From the NCBI GenBank assembly GCA_020184695.1, contig JAANOX010000235.1, forward strand, positions 62,001-126,000: a stretch of 64,000 nt of DNA, in the 5' to 3' direction. Below, piece by piece: positions 30,253 to 39,877 of this stretch (position 1 is the stretch's first letter; each line of letters opens with the position of its first letter). The notes below the pieces were generated by a model, which had not been told where the DNA came from, did no database searches, and saw only the letters and a program-made list of their open reading frames with translations. The position numbers and the translations under genes are program-made. The DNA comes from Histomonas meleagridis 2922-C6/04-290x. Lineage: Eukaryota > Protista > Parabasalia.

Positions 30253-31674
30253 ATGGATACAAAAGACTGCTTAGAGTACTGCAACAAAGCATGGTCCGAA
30301 GGTGGCTTTGCACTTGAAGGCTTAAAGGACTTCATCCGTGTTCCAAACCTTTCACCAGACTATGACAAAGATTTCCTTACAAACGGATTAATTATGAAAG
30401 CTGTCGAAACAGTTAAGACTTTCCTTGAATCACAAGGTATTGATGGACTTAAGACAACTGTTTTTGCTGAAGAAGGTCATGAACCACTTCTTCTTGCTGA
30501 AATTCCTGGAACATGCCCAACAGCTAAACCAATTCTTGCATACGGTCACCTTGATAAGATGCCTCATCTTGATCCAAAGGGCTGGTCTGAAGGTCTTAGT
30601 GCCACTAATCCAGTTGTTCGTGGAGATAAAATCTATGGCCGTGGTACCAATGATGATGGTTATAACTGCTATTGTGTTATGACAGCCATTAAATATCTTC
30701 ATGAGAAGAAGCTTCCATATCCAAAAGTTACAATAGTTCTTGAAACTGGTGAAGAATCAGGCAGTGCCGAAATCGACAAATATCTCACTGATCTTCGTCC
30801 ACGCATTGGTGATGTTGGCACCATTCTTATTCTTGATGCCGAAGCCCAAGATTATAAGACCGTCTGGTGCTGCCAATCACTTCGTGGTGTTGTTATTGGT
30901 GTTCTCTCTGTTGAACATCTTGCATCACCATGCCATAGTGGTATGGCCACTGGTTTAGTTCCATCAACATTCCGTATTGCACGTCAACTTCTTTCCCGTA
31001 TCGAAGATGAGAAAACCGGAGAAATCCTTATCAAGGAAGCACATGTCAAAGAAATTCCACAAAATCGTATTGATCAATGCAATGCCATTTACAAGCAACT
31101 TGGAGCTGAATCATATTCTATTGTTTCACCACTTCCAGGCTGCCAACTTATTGCCGAAGGAGGTCAACTTCTTGTGAATAAAGGATGGGTTCCAGGACTT
31201 GCCGTCACAGGTTGCGATGGAATACCATGCATTGCCGAGGGATCAAATGTTATGCGCACTAAGACAGCATTGAAGCTCTCACTCCGTACTCCACCAGGTG
31301 TAAAGGCGCAAGTTGTAGCCGAAGCTGTTAAGAAGGAACTTGAAAGAGATCCGCCATATGGAGCTAAGGTTTCATACACTATCATGGGCATTGGCGACGG
31401 CTGGTGGGGCCACGACTTTGACGAAAAGACTGACGCCGCTCTTAAGAAGGCTACAAAGGAAGTGTTCGGTAATGAGCCTTTGTACTATGGCGAAGGCGGC
31501 TCTATCCCACTATGTAACACATTCCAAGAGTTATGGCCAGATGCACAATTAATTGTGTCTGGTTGCGCTGGTACTGATTCTAATCCACACGGGTTCGATG
31601 AGAGCTTAAATATCGATTACACAAAGAAGTTCGCAGCAGTAACTGCAGCACTTATGACTGGAATTTGCCAGTAA
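30253..31674 (+). CDS. Peptidase M20/M25/M40 family (bacterial-type)
   Basis: YGHLDKMP, KIYGRGTNDDGY, ETGEESGS, GEGGSIP, GCAGTDSNPHGFDESL. TCACTT initiator at 30239-30244 supports the ATG at 30253. Confidence 0.92.
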   Translation: MDTKDCLEYCNKAWSEGGFALEGLKDFIRVPNLSPDYDKDFLTNGLIMKAVETVKTFLESQGIDGLKTTVFAEEGHEPLLLAEIPGTCPTAKPILAYGHLDKMPHLDPKGWSEGLSATNPVVRGDKIYGRGTNDDGYNCYCVMTAIKYLHEKKLPYPKVTIVLETGEESGSAEIDKYLTDLRPRIGDVGTILILDAEAQDYKTVWCCQSLRGVVIGVLSVEHLASPCHSGMATGLVPSTFRIARQLLSRIEDEKTGEILIKEAHVKEIPQNRIDQCNAIYKQLGAESYSIVSPLPGCQLIAEGGQLLVNKGWVPGLAVTGCDGIPCIAEGSNVMRTKTALKLSLRTPPGVKAQVVAEAVKKELERDPPYGAKVSYTIMGIGDGWWGHDFDEKTDAALKKATKEVFGNEPLYYGEGGSIPLCNTFQELWPDAQLIVSGCAGTDSNPHGFDESLNIDYTKKFAAVTAALMTGICQ

Positions 31675-31983
31675 AAGTCTTTGAAATTTAACGACTCCTT
31701 TTTGTAGTTTTTAATGAAAATGTTCTTTGGAGATGTTAAAAGAAGTGAAAAATTTTAAATTTTAAAGAAAATATTTCTTCTGATGACTATAAACTTTATA
31801 AAAATTGAATTCGTTTTCATTTTTTTTTCAACATCGACTGCATGAGGTTATTTTTGGGAACAATCACTTTGACAATGGGATTGTTATTGAAAGGTTCATG
31901 ACTATACACCTTCACGAAACTCATTAGGCTCTATTTGTTGATGATTTGGTTCAATATATTGTTTACGCATTCACATGGCTTAT

Positions 31984-32187
31984 ACTTCATTAAATAAACC
32001 AATTTCATTATTTAACCAATTTGATTATGCAAACAATTTCATTATTTAACTAATTTCATTATTTAACTAATTTCATTATTTAACCAATTTCATTATTTAA
32101 CCTATTTGATTATGCAAACAATTTCATTATTTAACCTATTTCATTATTTAAACAATTTCATTATTTAACTAATTTGATTACATCATT
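31984..32187. repeat. Minisatellite with a 17-nt unit (about 12 copies)
   Basis: Units at 32001, 32018, 32035, 32052, 32069, 32086, 32103, 32120, 32137 and 32154: AATTTCATTATTTAAC(C/T), with variant (A/T)ATTTGATTATGCAAAC. Degenerate units at 31984 and 32171. Confidence 0.95.
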
Positions 32188-32265
32188 TAGCTCATTACGT
32201 AAAATAATATTTCAAAATCGTTCAAATGCTGAGAAAAGAATTGTTTATTCACATAATTCTTTTCA

Positions 32266-33612
32266 TCAGATGTATAGTCCCTCGGGTATATTTTCCTTTT
32301 TCCTATACATCACCTTCTCCTGCGCCTTCTGGAAGTCCGCCTGCGTCACGTGCATTCTTCCCTCTCTAATTGCGAGCATTCCCGCCTCGGAACATATTGC
32401 CTTAATGTCAGCGCCGCTAATTTCTTCTTTTGTCATTGCGAATTCCATCAACGACACGTCTTTCGCCAACTGCATTTTCGCTGTGTGTATATTAAATATC
32501 TTTAGCTTCGTCTTAATGTCAGGTAAAGGAAACTCTATCTTTCTATCAATACGTCCTGGCCGAATCAATGCCGGATCCAAAGTTTCGATTCTATTCGTCG
32601 CCATGATAACTTTAATGTCGCCGCGGTCATCGAATCCATCGAGTTGATTCAACAACTCTAACATAGTACGCTGCACTTCTTTCTCGCCGGAACTTGACGA
32701 GTCATAACGTTTGGTACCAATAGCATCGATTTCATCAATGAAGACAATCGATGGAGCTAACTCATGCGCAGTCTTAAATAACTCACGAACTAATTTGGGG
32801 CCATCGCCTAAGTATTTTTGGATAAGTTCAGAGCCAACAACACGTAAAAATGTGGCACTAGTACTGTTGGCAACTGCTCGCGCTAAAAGAGTTTTGCCCG
32901 TGCCAGGCGGTCCAAAGAGAATAACACCCTTCGGCGGTCGGATACCAATGTCATCATACATTTCAGGATGCGTTAATGGTAATTCAACAGCTTCTTTGAT
33001 TTCAACAATTTGTTCCTCAAGACCACCTATGTCAGCATAGCTTTCTAATGGGGCGTTCTCTACTTTCATTACATCAACTAAGGGATTAACATCATCATCT
33101 AAAAGACCAACTATCGCTAACACTTTTTCTTGGAGAAGAACAGCTGAACCAATGGCAAGGGCTTTGCGATCAACAAAGGAGGCAATGGGAACATAGAAAT
33201 CTTGCATAGAGCGTGAAACTATGGCATGATCATCATCTATCATTTCTTCTAAGGTACCAACAAGCATGGTTTGACCTCGGATTTCTTCAAGACGTTTACG
33301 TTGATCTTCTTGGGTTTGTTCTCGTGTGGATAAAGCTTCACAATTGTTGATAAATTCTTCTTCCATGGTGAGCCAATCTTTAACACGCTCAAGTTTAAGT
33401 AACCGAAGCTTACATTTGGAATGTGGGGTGATTGCTGGTAGTTGTGATGCTTTTGATGAACGTTGGATTTTCTGTTTATTTAATGGATTTGGTCTTCCTT
33501 TCTTAATTTCTGCTTGTTTCTTACCATTTCCCTCTTTCTTTTCTTCTTTATTGTCTTCTTGCTTTTCTTCTTCTTTTTCTTCGTTTTGTTTTTGAACTTG
33601 TTCTTCACTCAT
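32266..33612 (-). CDS. RPT2: 26S proteasome regulatory ATPase subunit 4 (Rpt2)
   Basis: [63 protein letters not shown]-terminal PEGLYI. Confidence 0.97.
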   Translation of the reverse strand: MSEEQVQKQNEEKEEEKQEDNKEEKKEGNGKKQAEIKKGRPNPLNKQKIQRSSKASQLPAITPHSKCKLRLLKLERVKDWLTMEEEFINNCEALSTREQTQEDQRKRLEEIRGQTMLVGTLEEMIDDDHAIVSRSMQDFYVPIASFVDRKALAIGSAVLLQEKVLAIVGLLDDDVNPLVDVMKVENAPLESYADIGGLEEQIVEIKEAVELPLTHPEMYDDIGIRPPKGVILFGPPGTGKTLLARAVANSTSATFLRVVGSELIQKYLGDGPKLVRELFKTAHELAPSIVFIDEIDAIGTKRYDSSSSGEKEVQRTMLELLNQLDGFDDRGDIKVIMATNRIETLDPALIRPGRIDRKIEFPLPDIKTKLKIFNIHTAKMQLAKDVSLMEFAMTKEEISGADIKAICSEAGMLAIREGRMHVTQADFQKAQEKVMYRKKENIPEGLYI

Positions 33613-34066
33613 TTGTTTGATAACCGTTTATTAGTTGGTCAAGTTTTGACATGTGATATGAACAAATTGTTCTGTAGAAAAAATTTCTTCAGAAAAAAAA
33701 TTATAAATCACATAATTTTTTGGTTTTATATTTAATATAAAAATGTATTTTATTATCGTTTTAGTGTGCTGTGGGTAATATTATAATATTAAGAGTAATA
33801 CGAAATTAAATTCAAATTTAGAATAAAAAATCATTTTTAAACTTTAATTAATTGCTTACCATCATATTGTCTTTAGATTTATCATATACATTTATTTTAT
33901 TTGCTCTTTGATTACTGAAAATTTAATAATTCATTCCCCGAAATTTGGAAAACCGTTTTATTCTGAACGTTATTAATCCTCTCTCTCAAAAAAATCAAAT
34001 AAAGTATAGAAAACTATGGTTTAGAGAACACTTGAAAGTCCTTGTTTTTAATGTATTAAGAATCAC

Positions 34067-34756
34067 TTACTCCCCAGCCCCGATATACTTTGGCTCAATA
34101 CAAAACTGTGATTTGAAAAAATTAAGTTTTAGTTTTGAAGATTCCATTTTCAACATGTCAATAGCTTCATTTGCAATTTTCATAAATGGATCTTCTTTGA
34201 CTGTTATACCTGTTGGCATGTTAGGAAATCCTTTTTGTTGAGCAAATAAATTAATTTCATTATTATTTAAATAGCAAAAAGGTCTTACAAAATAAAGACC
34301 TTTCTTGGGCATTTCTACTACTGAGTTGCATTCGAGTTTCCCACTGCACATATTTGTTAACAAAACAGCATTTAAAAAGTCTAAATTATCAACAAAAGCA
34401 ATTTTGTTAAATCCAAACTCCTCTACTACATCAATTAACATCTGGTTATATTCAATCCTATTGGGTAATTGATCAATTTTTTTGAATATGATTTTTGTTT
34501 TTAATTTATTACAAAATTGTGATAAATATCTGTATGTTTCTGAATTAACATTTTCTGTTTGATAAATGTGTATAGCTGTGATCTGGAATTGATTAGTTTC
34601 CTTGGTATTCTTGAAACTTAACCAATGTAACAAACATTGACTTAAATAATCACAATCTAGAGGTACTAGAAAACTATCTGTGCCATCGTTTTTAATAATT
34701 TGGAAATCTTTACACGCTTGCTCAAATAACCTTGAAATTCTTTTGGCGATCTTCAT
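34067..34756 (-). CDS. TtcA/PP-loop family-like protein with a degenerate PP-loop
   Basis: KRISRLFEQACKDFQIIKNDGTDSFLVPL parallels the TtcA N-terminus and VRPFCYLNNNEINLFAQQKGFP parallels IRPL..E.DI..FA...FP. The SGGKDS motif is absent. Confidence 0.5.
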   Translation of the reverse strand: MKIAKRISRLFEQACKDFQIIKNDGTDSFLVPLDCDYLSQCLLHWLSFKNTKETNQFQITAIHIYQTENVNSETYRYLSQFCNKLKTKIIFKKIDQLPNRIEYNQMLIDVVEEFGFNKIAFVDNLDFLNAVLLTNMCSGKLECNSVVEMPKKGLYFVRPFCYLNNNEINLFAQQKGFPNMPTGITVKEDPFMKIANEAIDMLKMESSKLKLNFFKSQFCIEPKYIGAGE

Positions 34757-34959
34757 TTGAGATTTGAAAAAACCCACACGTACAAAAGTGTTATAAAATT
34801 AATTGAATCGTTATAAAATCATTTTGAAATGATTTTATTGTCATAAAATCAAAACAAAATCAGGCTACTTTCAATTCATAACCGCAATTGTAAAAACTGT
34901 TTACAACAATCTGCCACAATGTTTGGCTAAACAACAAAAAAAAGATTTAAATTTATTTA

Positions 34960-35646
34960 TTACCGATTTATAGAATGTACCAGATGCCTGCAAGAACGAA
35001 AAATGGCATTAGTGATGAAAATTGATGGTATTGAATAAAGAAATGTTTTTGCTTGAAGTTTTGCTTGAATACCATATTTAGCATGAAAAACAGGATAACC
35101 AAAAACATGAGCTCCCAAATTGGCACTAATCAAAGATAGTGTTGAACGGATATATTTTCCACCAATTTTATTAGGAGGTGGTAAAAACATATCTGAAACG
35201 CCATTCATAAGGTTGAAGCCAACTTGTGGAAGTACATTATCTTCAACTTCATCAAAATAACCTTTAAATGAAAATTTTCCCATGTTTAAATAATTGTTAA
35301 TAGGAACTTCAATAACTTTTCCTACACATGTCGATAAAACTGCCATGGAACAAGTCCATGGAATCCATTTTTTGAATGACGTTAGATCTGGTTGAATCAA
35401 TCCACATGCAATTCCGTCTACTAAATTAAACGACGATAATTCAACACCTGATTTAGTCATTGATAATAAAGTTTTTGGTACACTAAAATTACTTTTTTCT
35501 TGGCTAAAATGTCTAGCTAAAAAAGATTCAAGACCTCCATGAATTGAACCTGAAACAAATATTTCAGATGATTCTTTTATGGCTGCTATGATGTCTTTTC
35601 TTTGCTGCTCATTAAGTTGTAATTTGCTTTTTTCTTTTTGCTTCAT
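34960..35646 (-). CDS. Hypothetical membrane protein (weak resemblance to divergent mitochondrial-carrier family)
   Basis: ATG at 35646. Several Gly-rich hydrophobic segments; IEVPINNY and GYPV sit where carrier signature prolines would be. Confidence 0.55.
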   Translation of the reverse strand: MKQKEKSKLQLNEQQRKDIIAAIKESSEIFVSGSIHGGLESFLARHFSQEKSNFSVPKTLLSMTKSGVELSSFNLVDGIACGLIQPDLTSFKKWIPWTCSMAVLSTCVGKVIEVPINNYLNMGKFSFKGYFDEVEDNVLPQVGFNLMNGVSDMFLPPPNKIGGKYIRSTLSLISANLGAHVFGYPVFHAKYGIQAKLQAKTFLYSIPSIFITNAIFRSCRHLVHSINR

Positions 35647-35696
35647 CTGGTGTAAATACAATCGACCAAATTATAATTCAAATCCCACATGGGAAA

Positions 35697-36275
35697 ATGA
35701 GCAGCAAAAAATTATTTTTCCTTACTCATGGTGTTGGTGGGAATTCAAACGGATGTTTTTTCCCATCACTTAAATCTTTTCTTGAAGGAAAGTCAATTAA
35801 AGTTATTGCTCCTTCATATCCAAATTCTCCAGATCCAATTTTCGATGAATGGAAAGAAGTTTTCCTGAATAAAATTAAAGAGGAATGGAAAGGTGAAGAT
35901 ATATATTTACTTGGTCATTCACTTGGCGGTTATTTCACATTAAGACTTTTGGGAGAATGTTTTGACCATGAATGGACGAAACATCTAAAAGGTGTTGTTT
36001 TAGTAGCACCAACATCAACGAAAAGACCTGAAAGACGCAGATTTTATTCAGAAGAAATTAAGTGGGAAAATATTTTGAAATTAACCTTCAAATTAATTCT
36101 TCTTTATTCTAACAATGATGAAAAAGTTGCTCCTGAGCACTCTCAGTATGTCATTGAAAAGCTTTCATCTATGGATGGATTTGAATTCAGACAACCAGTT
36201 AATCGAAATCATTTCATCTCACCCGACGAACCTGATGTGATTGATGCAGTGAATTCACTAATTGAGGCTAAGTAA
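35697..36275 (+). CDS. Alpha/beta hydrolase, RBBP9/YdeN family
   Basis: LTHGVGGNSNGCFFP, LLGHSLGG nucleophile motif, GVVLVAP, YSNNDEKV (Asp) and NHF (His). Confidence 0.9.
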   Translation: MSSKKLFFLTHGVGGNSNGCFFPSLKSFLEGKSIKVIAPSYPNSPDPIFDEWKEVFLNKIKEEWKGEDIYLLGHSLGGYFTLRLLGECFDHEWTKHLKGVVLVAPTSTKRPERRRFYSEEIKWENILKLTFKLILLYSNNDEKVAPEHSQYVIEKLSSMDGFEFRQPVNRNHFISPDEPDVIDAVNSLIEAK

Positions 36276-36323
36276 ACAATTATTTTCATTTAACTAATAA
36301 TTTTTCTTAAAATTTTAAAACAA

Positions 36324-36870
36324 GTGTATATGCAGAATGATTGGGAACTTCATAAGAAATTTATTAAAGAAGGAGCTAATCCAAAAGAAATTGCAAAAAT
36401 CATTCGAAATGATGAAATAGAAAAACTTCAAGCAATACCAACACAAATAATTTTGATTTTAATAAAAAAATTCCATCAATTTATGAAATATGTTCATTTA
36501 TTAATCAAGAAAATGTTTCATTAATTGATTATGCAGCATTTTTTTCTGCTGTTAAATGTTTTAAATATTTACTTATGAACAATGCAAAAGTAAATAATAC
36601 AGGTAAATACGCAATTGCAGATGGAAACAAAGTAGAAGATATCACTCAACATTTGAAGATCCATATGAAGCTGCAATAGAATTTCATCGATATGATATCT
36701 TTAAATATCATTATGAAAACAAAGTAGAAGAAATACGACCAAAGTCAATGCTCCAAACGCCTGGAATTTAATCTTATGATTTTATAAGTTTTTGTTTTAA
36801 AATAGATAGTTATGAAATTTCAGTGTTTTTAAAAGAAAAAGGAATTAATATTATTAAAATTCAACATATA
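36324..36870 (+). pseudogene. Truncated, frameshifted DUF3447 fragment (paralog of 20570-21100, no ankyrin array)
   Basis: NDWELHKKFIKEGANPKEIAKIIRNDEIEKLQ and SLIDYAAFFSAVKCFKYLLMNNAK..TGKYAIADGN are close to the 20071 gene. Deletions and frameshifts, no 5' half. Confidence 0.85.
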
Positions 36871-37104
36871 TAAATTTAATTGGTTGGTTTTAACTTAAAA
36901 AATCTTCATTGTAAATTCATTAAAATTTTCATTTTATTGTTAAGGTATAAATCATCTGTTAGCAAATATAAATAACATTTACAACTTAATTAGAATTTTT
37001 TTCTTTAGGTTTTTCGTCTAAGAAAAAATTAAATTTTGTCATGATAAAAAATATTTATTAAAAATTAAAAATTGCATTACCTACAAATGCTAATTCAATA
37101 AAAA

Positions 37105-39710
37105 TTATATTTTAACGAATCCTTTATCTAAGAAATCTGTTCCAAACGGGTCTTCTTCGATATGTGAAGTTTGTACACCAGAAAAATCGGTTATTGTTTC
37201 TGGCTCTTCATTCGTAGCATTATTCATTTTACTTTTGTCCTCTTGAGTTTTTTCATATTCATATAAAATCGATGACGAACTTTTATCTTTAGCATGTTTA
37301 ACAACACAACCAAGAGTACCAATAATTATTAAAACTATAACAATTGAACCACAAATGATTCCTATTAATAATTCTAATGAAATTTTATTATTATTTGAAT
37401 CATAATTATCATTTAAATAAAAAACATTAAAGAAATCTGAATAATAACTATAGAATGTGGTGTATGTAATAACTTTATAATCATAAAATACAAATAACGA
37501 AACAAAATGTGTGTATGTGGTAACGCTAAAAGAAATTGTATCTGAATTAGTTAAATATGAATACGAAATTATTGTTTGTGTGAAAATCATATCATAAATT
37601 AATGTTTGGGAATAACTTTGACTTATAGTAACACCATCAGAAATATTATGTGATGATATTTGAGCATGAGTAAAAGCATCTGAAGAAGTGAATGTACTTG
37701 TCGCAGGAAATGTATGTGTTGGATCAAATGTCATCGACGGATAAAACGTAGATGATGGATCAAATGTAGATGTTGGAGAATATGTATTTGACCCTGTAAA
37801 TTTTACTGTTGGTGGAGGGAACATCCTTCTACTGATGAAGTAAAAATACTTAAATGACCGAATTTATTATTTTGATATCCGTTTGTCACCAGAACATTTG
37901 GTGATGCTGAAAAAACATGTTCTCCGCCAAATGTTGGTGAAGTTTCTCCATAAAAATAAATACAATTAAGGCTAATGCATCGATAAAATGCGTAATCACC
38001 AATAAAATTTACATTTTCTCCAATGGAAATTGATTCCAATGCAGAACATTCATAAAACGTTTCATCTCCAATTGATTCTACATGGATTGGAATTATTATA
38101 TATTGTAATTGATCACAGTCATAAAACGCTTCATCTCCAATTGATTCTACTTTAGCAATATCAACATTTGTTAATTTAGAACTTTCAAATGCTTTTGGAC
38201 CAATTGATGTAATAAATTCAGGAATGTAATAGGTTTTATCTGTTTTTGCAATTAAGAAATTATGGAATAATTTATGATATCACAAAGAACGCCATCATAT
38301 GAAAAATATTTATTTTCATTACCTATTATTACATTAATATATGAAAGATTATTACAAACAGCAAAAGGATTATCACCAATATATTCTACTGAACTTGGAA
38401 TTTCTATAGAATTTATACCATGACAATAATAAAAATGCTTCTGTTCCAATTGATTTAAGTGTTGAAGGAAATGTTAATTCAGATATATGATAATTCCCTT
38501 GAAATGCTTTATCTTCAATTGATAAAACTGTTTCAGGAAATACAAATGATCCATTTTCAATTCCTGCTGGATAACATATAATTTTCGTTATTTCATGATC
38601 ATAAAGAACCCCATTTAATGAGAAAAAATTAGTATTATCTTCAGAAACATTAATATATTGAAGACCTTTACATGAGCAAAATGGATTAACTCCAATATTA
38701 GTTACGGATGATGTAATTGTAACATTATACAATGAATCGCAATAATAAAATGCTAAATAATCAATTGTTGTCACACCTTTACCAAATGTTAATGATTCCA
38801 ATTTTTCACATGAATCAAATGCACGAATTCCAATAATTTTAACTGAGTCAGGAATCATAATGCTTACAAATGAAGAGCAACGTGCAAATAAATAATTTTC
38901 AAGTTTTTCTATTTTATCAAATGGAATTAATGTTAAATTATAGCAATATGCAAATGCGTATGTTCCAATTGAAGTAACTGAGCTTGAAATATTGATATTC
39001 TTTCATGAAGTACAATATTGGAATGCAGAATTTCCAATGGATGTTAATGTATCTGGAAATGTAATATTATCTAATTTACTACAATATGAAAATGCATTAT
39101 TAGAAATTGATCCCAAGCTAGAACCAAATATAACATTAGCTAAGTTTAAGCAGCTGTCAAAAGCATAAATTCCAATTGAAGTACATGCTTCGATTTCAAC
39201 AATGCTTAATAAAGGCCATTCATCAAAAGCAAAGCTGGGGATGCTGGCTATTTGATCTGAAATTACAACATATTGAGTCAGACTCATGTAGTTGTCGCTA
39301 TTGTCCTCATTTGATTCGATATTAAGTTTCCCAGATGTTTCATCAAAAGATTGAAAAGAATACTCAACCAAAAAAAGAAACATGACAAAATGAGAATTCT
39401 TACTTCCACTTAATGTGATGCCAATTTTAAGATGTTTGGTTAAAAAATATATGATTATGGAGATAGTTAGAATTAAAAATAAAATCGTGTAATTAATGAA
39501 TTTGGTTTCAAATATGCCTGCAATGCTAGTGCGTTTTGGTGCTTCAATATTCCATGGATTAAGAGTATCTGAAAAACTATTCATTATTGGAGTTTTGTTA
39601 TTTTTAATAGGGAAATACTGAAAATGCACTTTTGGTGCCTGCAAACATTTGTCTCTTAGATAGTTTTGAAGTGAATTTCTTGAGAAAAGAAGTAAGAACT
39701 TGAAAATCAT
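37105..39710 (-). pseudogene. BspA-like (TpLRR) surface protein with S/T/P stalk, TM helix and DPF tail; disrupted
   Basis: Repeats such as IGNSAFQYCTS, IGIRAFDSCEKL and IGDYAFYRCISL. In-frame TGA at 39003-39005. Frameshifts near 38430, 38260 and 37825. TM LLIGIICGSIVIVLIIIGTLGCVV, tail EEDPFGTDF. Confidence 0.85.
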
Positions 39711-39877
39711 AAATTTTACAAAACTATGATTTTTATTAGAATTTTTCTATATGCATTCAAAGTCAAAACGGTTATTTATTAAAAAGTAGTACGATGGACC
39801 CAAATCAGGCGCAGGTGAAGTGAGACATCGGTCCAACGAACTTAGATCTCGATGCATATCTCAACAGAAACAATAAC

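Noticed and set aside
39003-39005. Stop-codon reassignment (TGA read-through in BspA)
   Set aside because: TAA, TAG and TGA all end intact genes in this window, no conserved gene has internal stops, and the BspA copy also has frameshifts.
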